Shown in pieces: positions 34,663 through 44,685 of a stretch of DNA of 51,277 nucleotides. The position numbers and the translations under genes are program-made. The notes under the pieces were generated by a model, which ran no database searches, was not told the origin of the DNA, and worked only from the letters and a program-made list of their open reading frames with translations. The stretch is from Escherichia phage tonnikala. Location: the sequence record NC_049817.1. One strand, 5' to 3'. Every line of letters begins with the position of its first letter. The stretch's first letter is position 1.

Positions 34663-34681
34663 CTTTTAACAAAAAGTGCTA
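34663..34681 (-). promoter_or_regulatory. conserved motif copy in reverse orientation abutting RBS of tail chaperone gene
   Basis: CTTTTAACAAAAAGTGCTA followed directly by AAGGAG and ATG at 34697. Confidence 0.4.
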
Positions 34682-34696
34682 TAAGGAGATCTTGAG

Positions 34697-35014
34697 ATGG
34701 CAAAGATGAAACTAACGTTAGGCCCACTGCCTGATTTTAAACTGCCTGTTTCTTTCGTGCTTCCAAATGGTGATGAGCAAGTTATTGTTTTCACTGTGCG
34801 CCACAAGAAGGCAAGCGAGATTCACGAACGATACACGGCAGAAAAGCCGATGAGCGACGTAGAAATGATCACCTTCCTTGCTTCCGGTTGGGATCTGGAA
34901 GATGAATTTAACGAGGAAAACGTTGCTAAATTGCTGGATTATTACCCTTCTGCGTCATTATCGCTGACTGGTCATTATATGAAAGCACTTGCGGGGCAGC
35001 GGGTAAAAAACTAA
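34697..35014 (+). CDS. tail assembly chaperone (gpG-like)
   Basis: 105 aa directly upstream of tape measure; ends at slippery site. Confidence 0.65.
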   Translation: MAKMKLTLGPLPDFKLPVSFVLPNGDEQVIVFTVRHKKASEIHERYTAEKPMSDVEMITFLASGWDLEDEFNEENVAKLLDYYPSASLSLTGHYMKALAGQRVKN

Positions 35015-35331
35015 AGCGGGCGGTTTACCTGTTTTACCTCAAGCCGCCAACTGACGCACAATTAGAGGCCGTCGGCCTATCCCGTTCAGACTACGAAGGG
35101 GAGGAGCCGCCGGAGGTAATTTTTGATGAATCAATGTTTCAATCTTGGGATCTGTTTTGCGCAATGCAGACGCAATGGAGATCTACTAGCGGCAGCGTGT
35201 ATGGGTTCGACTATAACGTTTTGCCCATGCTTTTTGACATTTACAAGATTGATGATCGTGAGATGGCGCTAAATGATTTGCGCATCATGGAACAAAAGGC
35301 GCTAGAAATGATTCATTCAAACAAAACATAA
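34697..35331 (+). CDS. tail assembly chaperone frameshift product (gpGT-like, -1 shift at 35005-35011)
   Basis: Slippery heptamer A_AAA_AAC at 35005-35011; -1 frame open with no stops to 35331. Confidence 0.55.
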
Positions 35332-35352
35332 GCGCCGCGAGGCGCTTTTTTA
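35331..35352 (+). terminator. terminator-like hairpin
   Basis: AGCGCC-GCGA-GGCGCT plus TTTTTT. Confidence 0.4.
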
Positions 35353-35370
35353 ATATCTGGAGGTTTTAAA

Positions 35371-38052
35371 ATGGCTGAAAAATACGCTGGCCTAACGCTA
35401 GGCGTTGACGTGTCGCAGGTCAACAATGCTGTTAAATCATTGCAGCAATTCAAGAAGGCAAACGACGACGCAAAAAAAAGCGTTAATGAATTTGTTGATT
35501 CTGAGGTTGTGGCCCGACAGCAAGCAAAACAGCTTGCCGAAGAACTGGCGCGCCAGAAAGCAGAATTTAAGAAAATCCAGGAGTCAATTGATCCCACCGC
35601 ATCAAAGATGGATAAGCTGAGAAAGGCAGCGACACAGCTTGATGCGCTATGGAAAAAGGGCGTTGTTCCTGATCAGACTTTTTTTGAGCTTGGGGCAATT
35701 CTTGAGACGCAGCAAAACAAGCTGATCGCAACAAAAAAAGCGATGACAGAGGAAGGCCGCGCGGCGCTTGAGGAATCAAAGAACAAGGCGCGCGCAGCGG
35801 AAGAGGCTAAAAAATTCGTCAAGGCTTTGCGTGAGCAGGAAGAAGCAGCAGGAAAAAGCAAGTCTGAATTGCTGGAAATGAAAGCGGCACAGCTTGGAGT
35901 TAGCCAGGAGGCAGCACCTTACATCGCAAGGCTGAAAGAGCAGGAAAAGCAGATCCAGAAACTTGGGATTTCTACAGGCCAATACAAACAAGCAATGCAG
36001 CAATTGCCAATGCAGATCACAGACGTGGTGACTTCACTTGCTTCTGGTATGCCTGTTTGGCTGGTTGCAATCCAGCAGGGCGGACAGATTAAGGATTCTT
36101 TTGGTGGCGCATCCAATGCTTTAAAAGCGTTGCTATCTTTCCTTAATCCGGTAAACGTTGCGTTTGGCTTGCTTTCCGGCACGCTGGCAATTGCTGCATA
36201 TAATGCCTACAAAACACAGACAGAGTTTGAGGCAATTAAAAAAACCGTTCAGGAAACAACTGGCTTGACTGGTGATTTTGCCGAAAAGATTGCTACCGGA
36301 ATCCAGGAGCTTTCCGACAAGACAGGCGAAAGCGCCGAAGATCTGGCAAAGGCTTACATCACCACGAAAGACGGCGCGAGCGAGGCGATTAAAAAACTGG
36401 TTGACGTTGGCATGACTTATGATGACGCAAAAAAGAAAGTCAACGAGTACAAAGGCGCATCTAGCTTTGTTGGCCTGAATAACGACATTGCAAACCACAA
36501 AAATAAAATCCTTGAGTTGGGCGAGTCGTGGTATGAAGTTTTGAAAGCGAAGCGTGATTACGCTTCCCCGTCCGGCGGCCTGTTAGGTAAAGAGCTTGGC
36601 TATGTTAATCCTATGCTTAAGTTTGCACTTAACACTTATGAAGACATTGGAAAGGTCGTAAAAGATGCTAATAAGGACATGGCTGAACGAGCGGAGCGCA
36701 TCGACAAAGAAAACCTGGCCTTGAACAGAGTGAGAGCAGCACAGGAGGCTTTAAACAAAGCCATTGAAGATCAGAAGGGCGTGGCGCGTTCGGCTGATGA
36801 AGAACTGAAAAAGCGTGCGGCTGAAAACGTGGAGTTCAGACGCAAAGAGCTTGAGGAGATCAAGAAGCAGGAGCAGAAAAAGAAAGAGGCTAAAGGCGGA
36901 ATAGTTCGCGGCCCTACTGAGCAGCTTGATAAAGAGTTGTACGTTTTAAAAGCGCAACTGGAAACTCTTAAAGAGCATCGCACTGTTAATGATGTTATTT
37001 CTCGCCAGCGTAAATCTTTATGGAGCATCGAAAAGCAGATCGAGATCCTGGAGGATGCGCAGAGCAAGCGTAAATTGACCGGAGCGGAACAGGCGCTACT
37101 AAACGAGCAAAAATCCGTTTTGGAAATGGCAAGGCAAAAGGCTGAATTAGGGGATCAGATTGTTTTGCAGGAGCGCAAAAACAAGCTGGAGCAAGATAGC
37201 ATTAAGTTTATCCGTGAAACGCAGGCGGCTATTGATGTGCTTGGCCTTAAGCAACTTGGCTACACTGAAAAGCAGATCGAGCGTGAGCTAGAGTTACGCA
37301 AGCTGCGCACAGACTACGAGGCGCAAGGAGGAAGCGTTAGCGATGAAGTTTTTCAGCAAATGGAGGCGAAACTTAAGCAGTATTATCAGACACAGGATGA
37401 GGTTCAAGGCAACTGGTTGGCAGGAGCAAAAAACGCATGGGAGCTATTCGCGGAAGATGCAAACAATGCCTATGGCAATGTTCAGCAGATCGCAAGCGAG
37501 GCGTTAAACGGCCTTACAAACCAATTAGCGAATTTTATCGCTACTGGCAAGGCAAACTTTAAAGACTTCTCGACGGCTATCATCAAAATGATTATTCAGA
37601 TGATCACGAAAATGGTTGTCTTTAATGCGTTATCTGGCCTGATGGGTGGTCAAACCTGGACGATGGGGAGCTTGCTTAAGAACATTGGCGGATTTGCTGG
37701 CGGTGGATACACTGGCGACGGCGGGAAGTATGAGCCAGCCGGAATTGTTCATAAGGGCGAATTTGTCATGACGAAGGAGGCGACGCAGCGTATCGGGGTA
37801 GGCAACTTGTACCGCATGATGCGAGGCTATGCTAACGGCGGCGCGGTTGGTAGTTCCGGCTATACTGGCGGTGGAGTTGTCACTGGTGGAGCACCTCAAT
37901 TTAACATCGGTGGGATTGATGTTAGCATCAATAACGGCAGCGATCCGAAGGGCATCGAAACTGGCGTTAAGATGATCTTTACTGATATGATTAAACGTTC
38001 CTGTATGCAGGGCGGAGAGGTTTACGAATTTGTTATGAGCAAGCGAGGTTGA
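35371..38052 (+). CDS. tail tape measure protein
   Basis: 893 aa, coiled-coil-rich Ala/Lys/Glu/Gln composition, Gly-rich C-terminal region, position after G/T pair. Confidence 0.85.
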   Translation: MAEKYAGLTLGVDVSQVNNAVKSLQQFKKANDDAKKSVNEFVDSEVVARQQAKQLAEELARQKAEFKKIQESIDPTASKMDKLRKAATQLDALWKKGVVPDQTFFELGAILETQQNKLIATKKAMTEEGRAALEESKNKARAAEEAKKFVKALREQEEAAGKSKSELLEMKAAQLGVSQEAAPYIARLKEQEKQIQKLGISTGQYKQAMQQLPMQITDVVTSLASGMPVWLVAIQQGGQIKDSFGGASNALKALLSFLNPVNVAFGLLSGTLAIAAYNAYKTQTEFEAIKKTVQETTGLTGDFAEKIATGIQELSDKTGESAEDLAKAYITTKDGASEAIKKLVDVGMTYDDAKKKVNEYKGASSFVGLNNDIANHKNKILELGESWYEVLKAKRDYASPSGGLLGKELGYVNPMLKFALNTYEDIGKVVKDANKDMAERAERIDKENLALNRVRAAQEALNKAIEDQKGVARSADEELKKRAAENVEFRRKELEEIKKQEQKKKEAKGGIVRGPTEQLDKELYVLKAQLETLKEHRTVNDVISRQRKSLWSIEKQIEILEDAQSKRKLTGAEQALLNEQKSVLEMARQKAELGDQIVLQERKNKLEQDSIKFIRETQAAIDVLGLKQLGYTEKQIERELELRKLRTDYEAQGGSVSDEVFQQMEAKLKQYYQTQDEVQGNWLAGAKNAWELFAEDANNAYGNVQQIASEALNGLTNQLANFIATGKANFKDFSTAIIKMIIQMITKMVVFNALSGLMGGQTWTMGSLLKNIGGFAGGGYTGDGGKYEPAGIVHKGEFVMTKEATQRIGVGNLYRMMRGYANGGAVGSSGYTGGGVVTGGAPQFNIGGIDVSINNGSDPKGIETGVKMIFTDMIKRSCMQGGEVYEFVMSKRG

Positions 38053-38054
38053 TA

Positions 38055-38405
38055 ATGAAGCTGGATCAGTTTAAGTGGTGTACGCAGGTTCAGAATGGCG
38101 GCGGGGCCATGACGTCATCGAATAACGATCGAGAGATTGCATTCGGTAACGGATACACACAGGTAGCATCTGGAGGTTTTAACACAATCCGGCGAGAGTT
38201 TAGCATTGTTTACGTTGGGCTTGACTACAGAGATGTTGTCAATTTCCTGAATGAGCACAGGCTAAAACCTTTCTTGTGGATCATGCCTGATGGAAGCCCT
38301 GGATTGTTCAGGGTGAAAAGCGGCAGCGTCGGCCTTACTCCACTGTCGCCAACCGTTCAGGAAGTAAAAGCCACTTTTACGGAGCAATTTACATCAATGC
38401 AGTAA
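38055..38405 (+). CDS. minor tail protein (lambda gpM-like)
   Basis: About 117 aa immediately after tape measure, first of an M-L-K-I-J-like series. Confidence 0.6.
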   Translation: MKLDQFKWCTQVQNGGGAMTSSNNDREIAFGNGYTQVASGGFNTIRREFSIVYVGLDYRDVVNFLNEHRLKPFLWIMPDGSPGLFRVKSGSVGLTPLSPTVQEVKATFTEQFTSMQ

Positions 38406-38410
38406 TTTAA

Positions 38411-38433
38411 AGCCGCCTTTGTGCGGCTTTTTC
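38411..38433 (+). terminator. terminator-like hairpin
   Basis: AGCCGC-CTTTGT-GCGGCT plus TTTTT. Confidence 0.4.
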
Positions 38434-38466
38434 TTGATGTTACAATGAGCAAAAAGGAGGTAGAAA

Positions 38467-39228
38467 ATGGCTAATAAAGAATCAGGTAGAGTTGAATTTG
38501 AGAACTGCCTACAAAGTTTGTACCCAGGAGAAATTATAACGCTTGTAGAGATTGACGGGACGAAGTTCGGGGCAAATATTTACCGATTTCACAATGAGAA
38601 CATCTCTTATACTGCCGAAGAATTAATGCAAGCGCAGCAAACCGGAATCTTGCCGCCGAAAGATATTATTTTCCAGGGTGAGGTTTACGGAGCGCGGCCT
38701 TTCGGTGTGAGCGGGATTAACTTCACAAGTAACGGCAGGGCAGATAAGCCTCAGCTTATAGTGTCAAACCTTGACAGCAGGGTTAGCGCCATGATCAGAA
38801 ATTACAATGGCATGATGCAAGCAAAGGTGACTTTCTGGATTACGGCAAAGGAATTTATAGGAGAAGGCGGAGCAATCAAAGATGGCGCTTACAGAAAATT
38901 GGTTTATTACATTGAGCGCCCAAGCCAGTATAATAGAGAGGTGGCGAAATTTGATCTGACATCGCCTTACGATATGGATGGATTAATGATCCCGCCGCGC
39001 ATCACTCAAAGCGTTTGCTATTGGGCGCAAAGGGGGTGGTACAGGAGCGGAAAGGGTTGCTCTTATAACGGATCGGCAATGTTCGATAAAGACAATAAGC
39101 CAGTAACAGATCCATCACAAGACTATTGCGCCGGAACTGTAACGGCTTGCAAATTGAGGTTCGGTCAGCAAAACGAATTGGATTTCGGCGGTTGCGCGGT
39201 TGCCTCACTGCTACGGAGGAATCAATAA
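38467..39228 (+). CDS. minor tail protein (lambda gpL-like)
   Basis: 253 aa; C-terminal cysteine cluster (CYWAQRGW...C...C...C) as in gpL-type Fe-S tail tip proteins. Confidence 0.65.
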   Translation: MANKESGRVEFENCLQSLYPGEIITLVEIDGTKFGANIYRFHNENISYTAEELMQAQQTGILPPKDIIFQGEVYGARPFGVSGINFTSNGRADKPQLIVSNLDSRVSAMIRNYNGMMQAKVTFWITAKEFIGEGGAIKDGAYRKLVYYIERPSQYNREVAKFDLTSPYDMDGLMIPPRITQSVCYWAQRGWYRSGKGCSYNGSAMFDKDNKPVTDPSQDYCAGTVTACKLRFGQQNELDFGGCAVASLLRRNQ

Positions 39229-39959
39229 TGATTAGTGCAAAAATTAAACTTGAAATAATGCAGCACGTTAAAGAGGAATACCCTAAAGAGGCTTGCGGCG
39301 TCATAACTCAAAAGTCACGGGTACAGAAATATCACCGCATAACCAACGTGCATGACGATCCAGAAAATCATTTTGAAATGGACGCTGTAGAATACGCTGA
39401 ATCGCTCGACAAAGGCGAATTAATCGCGGTGGTGCATTCCCATTGCGGGGATGGTGCTAGCACGATACCGAGCGCGCACGACTCATGTATGTGCGATGAA
39501 ATGGGTGTGTCGTGGATTATAGTGTCATGGCCCGAAGGTGATATGAGAATTGTCGAGCCGCAGGAGAGGCCGCTTATCGGTCGCCCGTGGTCGCTTGGGT
39601 CGTTCGATTGCTGGGGTCTTATCATGGCGTGGCATAAACAGCACGGAGTAGTATTGAATGACTTCCGAAAGCCTTACGAGTGGTGGAAGTCAGAATATGG
39701 TGAAAATCTTTACCAGGATAATTATTTAAAAGAGGGATTTATTGAAACTAACGAGCCTCCAAAGCCTGGCGATATGGTTATCATGCAACTATCATCGCCA
39801 GTCTGGAATCATGCGGGTATATATTTGGGAAACAACCAGCTATTACATCATGCGTTTGGAAAGCTATCTCGCATTGACTTGTATTCTGGATGGTATCAGG
39901 AGCACACTGTAAAAATTTGCCGACATAAGGATCTGAAATATGACATTGAAAGTAATTAA
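39228..39959 (+). CDS. tail assembly protein (lambda gpK-like; JAMM/MPN plus NlpC/P60 domains)
   Basis: JAMM-like HSH...D motif (AVVHSHCGDGASTIPSAHD) and C-terminal Cys/His peptidase-like region; start overlaps gpL stop. Confidence 0.65.
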   Translation: MISAKIKLEIMQHVKEEYPKEACGVITQKSRVQKYHRITNVHDDPENHFEMDAVEYAESLDKGELIAVVHSHCGDGASTIPSAHDSCMCDEMGVSWIIVSWPEGDMRIVEPQERPLIGRPWSLGSFDCWGLIMAWHKQHGVVLNDFRKPYEWWKSEYGENLYQDNYLKEGFIETNEPPKPGDMVIMQLSSPVWNHAGIYLGNNQLLHHAFGKLSRIDLYSGWYQEHTVKICRHKDLKYDIESN

Positions 39960-40536
39960 GCTATCTGGTTCCCTGGGGCGTAGATTTGGCGTCTTTCACA
40001 AAATGGCGGTTGACTCATACCCCGAAGCAATACGCGCGCTATCTTCCCAGGTTGAAGGGTTCAAAGACTACATGCAAAGCGAAGTAGGATCGCGCATGAA
40101 GTATGCTGTATTCGTTGACGGTAAAAACGTTGGTCAGCATGATGAAAAATCATGGAAGTGCGCGCGAGAGGTTAGAATAATTCCCGTTCCAACTGGTTCT
40201 AAGTCCGGCGGCCTGTTCAATGTTGTTTTTGGCGCTGTAATTATGGCTACTGCGTTCATTACTGGTGGTGCAAGCCTTGCGGCTATGGGCGCTTTTGCAT
40301 CTTCCGCATTTATGATGGGTGGTGCTATCGCGCTGGGGGGTGTCATGCAAATGATTTCGCCGCAGCAGGGCGGAATGAAACTGCAAAGCCAATCAGCAGA
40401 AAACAGGCCTTCTTACGCTTTCGGCGGTGCAGTAAATACCACGGCGGCAGGTTATCCGGTTCCTTTGCCATATGGATATAGGACGGTAGGCGGCGCGATC
40501 TGGTCGGCTGGCAGCTACGCAGAAGATAAAGCATAA
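39940..40536 (+). CDS. tail assembly protein (lambda gpI-like)
   Basis: 198 aa with Gly/Ala-rich hydrophobic C-terminal half; position between K-like and J-like genes. Confidence 0.6.
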   Translation: MTLKVIKLSGSLGRRFGVFHKMAVDSYPEAIRALSSQVEGFKDYMQSEVGSRMKYAVFVDGKNVGQHDEKSWKCAREVRIIPVPTGSKSGGLFNVVFGAVIMATAFITGGASLAAMGAFASSAFMMGGAIALGGVMQMISPQQGGMKLQSQSAENRPSYAFGGAVNTTAAGYPVPLPYGYRTVGGAIWSAGSYAEDKA

Positions 40537-40543
40537 AAAAATA

Positions 40544-40565
40544 CCCGCCTTGCGCGGGTTTTTTT
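40544..40565 (+). terminator. rho-independent terminator
   Basis: CCCGC-CTTGC-GCGGG plus TTTTTTT. Confidence 0.45.
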
Positions 40566-40614
40566 GTGCCTTTATAATGTGTAAACCAAGAAACAGCACA
40601 AAAGGTTAAAAGTC

Positions 40615-43600
40615 ATGGCTAAATATATGATAAGCGGCAGTAAAGGGGGCGGTCAAAAGCCCTACGTGCCAAAAGAGATGGAAGATAACCTGATCTCGAT
40701 AAACAAGATTAAAGTTTTGCTGGCTGTATCTGATGGCGAGTGCGATCCAGATTTTACGTTGCGTGATCTTTATCTTGATGATGTTCCGGTTATTGCCAGC
40801 GATGGCACTGTTAACTACGAGGGAGTTACGGCTGAATATAGGCCAGGTACGCAGACGCAAGATTACATCCAGGGTTTTACTGACACATCAAGTGAGGTTA
40901 CAGTTGCCAGAGATATTACCGGAGACAATCCTTATGTTATTTCTGTTACAAATAAAAACCTATCTGCGGTAAGAATAAAGATCCTGATGCCAGTAGGCAT
41001 TAAAACAGAGGATAATGGCGATCTTGTTGGCGTAAGGGTTGAGTATGCCGTAGATATGGCTGTTGATGGCGGTTCTTATAGCGAGGTTATGAGAGATGTA
41101 ATTGACGGCAAGACAAGATCAGGATACGACCGCAGCAGAAGGATTGATCTTCCTAAGTTTGATGAGCGCGTTTTAATCAGGGTTAAGCGACTTACCCCAG
41201 ACAGCACATCTTCAAAGGTGACTGATAAAATCAAACTGCAAAGTTACGCTGAGGTTGTGGATGCAAAATTCCGTTATCCTCTGACTGGCCTTGTATTTGT
41301 AGAGTTTGACAGCGAATTGTTTCCTACACAAATACCTAACATTTCTATAAAAAAGAAGTGGAAGATTATTAATGTGCCAAGCAACTATGATCCAATATCA
41401 AGAGAATATCACGGGTCATGGGATGGGACTTTTAAAAAAGCGTGGTCAAATAATCCTGCATGGGTTCTTTATGATCTGGTGACTAATCAGCGTTATGGAC
41501 TTGACCAGCGAGAGTTAGGAATACAGATCGACAAGTGGAGCTTATACGAGGCAGGCGTTTACTGTGATCAGAAAGTTCCAGACGGTAAGGGCGGTACAGA
41601 GCCTCGCTACCTATGCGATGTGGTGATTCAGAATCAAGTTGAGGCTTATCAGCTAATCCGTGACATTTGCTCAATCTTTCGCGGAATGAGCTTTTGGAAT
41701 GGTGAGAGCTTATCAATCGTGATTGATAAGCCGCGCGATCCATCATACGTGTTTACTAATGAAAACGTCATCAACGGTGATTTTCAGTACACAACCGCAA
41801 GCGAAAAAAGCATGTACACGCAATGTAATGTGACGTTTGACGACGAACAAAACATGTATCAACAGGACGTCGAGGGGGTTTTTGATACTGAGGCGGCATT
41901 ACGATTTGGATACAATCCAACAAGCATTACAGCGATCGGGTGTACACGCAGGAGCGAAGCGAATCGTCGAGGTCGGTGGGTTTTGAAAACAAACCTTAGA
42001 AGCACTACTGTAAACTTTTCTACCGGACTAGAGGGGATGATTCCATCCATAGGTGATGTGATTGCTATCGCTGATAATTTTCAGAGCAGCAATCTAACGT
42101 TAAATCTTTCGGGCCGAGTAATGGAAGTTTCAGGCTTGCAAGTTTTCGTTCCGTTTAAGGTTGATGTGCGTCCTGGTGATTTTATTATCATCAACAAGCC
42201 GGACGGAAAGCCAGTTAAGCGAACGATCTCAAAGGTGAGCGCAGACGGAAAAACCATTGAGTTAAATATTGGCTTTGGTTTTGATGTTAAGCCTGATACT
42301 GTTTTTGCGATTGACCGTACTGACCTTGCGTTGCAGCAATACGTTGTGACAACTATCAGCAAGGGTGATGACGAAAACGAGTTTACCTTTTCAATCACGG
42401 CTGTGGAGTACGATCCGAACAAATACGACGAGATTGATTATGGCGTAAACATTGATGACAGGCCAACTTCAATTGTTCAGCCTGACGTGATGGCAGCGCC
42501 GGAGAATGTTCAGATCTCATCTTATTCTCGCGTCGTGCAGGGTGTTAGCGTTGAAACTATGGTTGTTTCATGGGATAAGGTTCCTTACGCATCGCTTTAT
42601 GAAATGCAGTGGCGAAAAGGTGATGGTAACTGGCTGAACACGCCGCAGACCGCTAACAAAGAGATAGAGGTAGAAGGAATTTATTCAGGCAACTACCAAG
42701 TAAGGGTTAGATCTGTTTCTGCAAGTGGGAACACCTCCCCGTGGTCAAAGATTGTAACCGCCACCCTGACAGGTAAAGTTGGCGAGCCAGGAGCGCCGAT
42801 TAATCTTACAGCTTCTGATAATGAAGTTTTTGGCATTCGTGTCAAATGGGGTATGCCGGAAGGATCAGGAGATACGGCTTACATTGAGCTTCACCAATCG
42901 CCAGATGGAACGGTGGAAAACTCAAGTTTGCTTACGCTGATCCCGTATCCTCAATATGAGTATTGGCATAGTACGTTACCAGCTGGGAAAGTTGTATGGT
43001 ATAGAATCCGTAGCGTTGACAGAATAGGCAACGTTTCCGGCTGGACTGACTTTGTTCGTGGCATGGCGTCAGATGATGTTGAATCTGTTTTAGGCGACAT
43101 TCTGGACAAGATTTTTGATACCGAAGCTGGTCAAGAAATCAAAGAGAACGCCATAGACAGTGCCAACAAAATCAAAGACCAGGCGCAATCAATCATCCAG
43201 AACGCTTTGGCAAATGATTCTGATGTTAGAGTTATGAAAAAGGAGAATGGGAAACGGAAAGCTGAATTTAGGCAATCTATACAGATGATTGCTGATGAAA
43301 CAGAGGCAAGGGTAACAGCGTTAACGCAATTAAAAGCAGAATTTGATGAGGAGATAACTAGCGAAGTAACAAGACTTGATCAGGCGATCGCAACAGAATC
43401 AGAAACGCGAGCAACAGCTATAGAGGAATTAAAATCACAGATTGGTGATGATATTCAGGGGCAGTTAACGAGAGTTGAGGAAGCGATTGCAAGCGAAACA
43501 GAGGCGCGCGTTTCTGCCGATACTGCATTAACGGCAAAGTTTGGTGATCTTGAGTCGGCACTTACTGAAAAACTTGATTCATGGGCTGGCGTTGATTCCG

Positions 43601-44040
43601 TTGGTGCTCAATATTCAATGAAGCTGGGCCTAACCTATAATGGTCAGCAGTACAGCGCCGGAATGGTTATGCAGTTAACGCAATCACCGCAAGGATTAAT
43701 ATCACAGATTCTGTTTGACGCTAACAGATTCGCGATCATGACAAGTTCTAGCGGCGGGGCATATACGCTTCCTTTCGTGGTTGAGAATAACCAGGTTTTC
43801 ATCAATAGCTTACTTGTGAAAGATGGTTCAATAACTAATGCCATGATTGGAAACTTTATTCAGTCAAACAATTTTGTTCAAAATCAGCAAGGTTGGAGGC
43901 TTGATAAAAACGGAACATTTGAAAACTACGGATCAACTCCAGGAGAGGGAGCTACTAAATTCACCAACGAAGGATTGAAGGTAAAAGATGCAAACGGAGT
44001 ATTGAGGGTTGAAGTCGGAAGGATTACCGGAAGCTGGTAA
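40615..44040 (+). CDS. tail tip / central fibre protein (lambda gpJ-like host specificity protein)
   Basis: 1141 aa, position after I-like gene, beta-rich domains in the middle, coiled-coil segment near C-terminus. Confidence 0.8.
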   Translation: MAKYMISGSKGGGQKPYVPKEMEDNLISINKIKVLLAVSDGECDPDFTLRDLYLDDVPVIASDGTVNYEGVTAEYRPGTQTQDYIQGFTDTSSEVTVARDITGDNPYVISVTNKNLSAVRIKILMPVGIKTEDNGDLVGVRVEYAVDMAVDGGSYSEVMRDVIDGKTRSGYDRSRRIDLPKFDERVLIRVKRLTPDSTSSKVTDKIKLQSYAEVVDAKFRYPLTGLVFVEFDSELFPTQIPNISIKKKWKIINVPSNYDPISREYHGSWDGTFKKAWSNNPAWVLYDLVTNQRYGLDQRELGIQIDKWSLYEAGVYCDQKVPDGKGGTEPRYLCDVVIQNQVEAYQLIRDICSIFRGMSFWNGESLSIVIDKPRDPSYVFTNENVINGDFQYTTASEKSMYTQCNVTFDDEQNMYQQDVEGVFDTEAALRFGYNPTSITAIGCTRRSEANRRGRWVLKTNLRSTTVNFSTGLEGMIPSIGDVIAIADNFQSSNLTLNLSGRVMEVSGLQVFVPFKVDVRPGDFIIINKPDGKPVKRTISKVSADGKTIELNIGFGFDVKPDTVFAIDRTDLALQQYVVTTISKGDDENEFTFSITAVEYDPNKYDEIDYGVNIDDRPTSIVQPDVMAAPENVQISSYSRVVQGVSVETMVVSWDKVPYASLYEMQWRKGDGNWLNTPQTANKEIEVEGIYSGNYQVRVRSVSASGNTSPWSKIVTATLTGKVGEPGAPINLTASDNEVFGIRVKWGMPEGSGDTAYIELHQSPDGTVENSSLLTLIPYPQYEYWHSTLPAGKVVWYRIRSVDRIGNVSGWTDFVRGMASDDVESVLGDILDKIFDTEAGQEIKENAIDSANKIKDQAQSIIQNALANDSDVRVMKKENGKRKAEFRQSIQMIADETEARVTALTQLKAEFDEEITSEVTRLDQAIATESETRATAIEELKSQIGDDIQGQLTRVEEAIASETEARVSADTALTAKFGDLESALTEKLDSWAGVDSVGAQYSMKLGLTYNGQQYSAGMVMQLTQSPQGLISQILFDANRFAIMTSSSGGAYTLPFVVENNQVFINSLLVKDGSITNAMIGNFIQSNNFVQNQQGWRLDKNGTFENYGSTPGEGATKFTNEGLKVKDANGVLRVEVGRITGSW

Positions 44041-44046
44041 AAAAAA

Positions 44047-44061
44047 GGGGGCGTAGCCCCC
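44047..44061. terminator. bidirectional terminator
   Basis: GGGGGC-GTA-GCCCCC hairpin flanked by A-run (5') and T-rich (3') between converging genes. Confidence 0.5.
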
Positions 44062-44068
44062 TTTAATT

Positions 44069-44683
44069 TTAATCATAGTGTGATGCATTTATAACCAAAA
44101 CAGATGAAGCGGTGTAAATACCAACAGGTCCAGGGGTTTGTGCAACCTGCCTGGAAAAAGAGTAGATCCCGTTACCATACGCGGCAGCTTGAGACTCAAA
44201 AATCATAAATCCACCTAAAGCCGGATTAGGTACAGAGTTTAACGCTGTTAGTGATGGCATTATTGCGCAAGGGTAGCCCAGGTTAACATCAAACGCGATC
44301 CCGCTCACACCAACTTGCTTTGCATCAAGCGGCCTCATTTTTCCATGATAAACCATTTCACCATGAGCGTTATAAAACGCTATGCCGTGACTACCTGGAG
44401 GAGTCACCATGTTACTAAAAGCATAAACAATAACCTCCCCTTGATTATCAGATCTATCAATTCTTATTGCGTGCCTTCCACCATTGTTAAATTGCGTAAA
44501 TGATATGTATGATTTAGCAGTCAATCTAACAAAGAAAAAACATACCCTATCAACAGGAATTGACGAAGTAAAAACGGTTCCGGTATTAGCAGATATTACT
44601 GCCCGATCAATTAGATTAACTGGAGTGAAATCTGGACTTAACCATAACGATCCGTCTGATTTTTTTATACTCATCCCGTACAT
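44069..44683 (-). CDS. hypothetical protein (leftward module adjacent to tail genes)
   Basis: Start set at MYGMS with GGGGGTGA RBS; 204 aa; shares short sequence pattern with upstream 92-aa protein. Confidence 0.5.
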   Translation of the reverse strand: MYGMSIKKSDGSLWLSPDFTPVNLIDRAVISANTGTVFTSSIPVDRVCFFFVRLTAKSYISFTQFNNGGRHAIRIDRSDNQGEVIVYAFSNMVTPPGSHGIAFYNAHGEMVYHGKMRPLDAKQVGVSGIAFDVNLGYPCAIMPSLTALNSVPNPALGGFMIFESQAAAYGNGIYSFSRQVAQTPGPVGIYTASSVLVINASHYD

Positions 44684-44685
44684 TA

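Noticed and set aside
35405-37899. Multiple ORFs on both strands inside the tape measure gene
   Set aside because: Nested within an 893-aa ORF with strong RBS and context; alternative-frame translations are low-complexity.
40606-44503. Short ORFs on either strand inside the J-like gene and the 44069..44683 gene
   Set aside because: Antisense or nested within longer, context-supported genes; no independent support.
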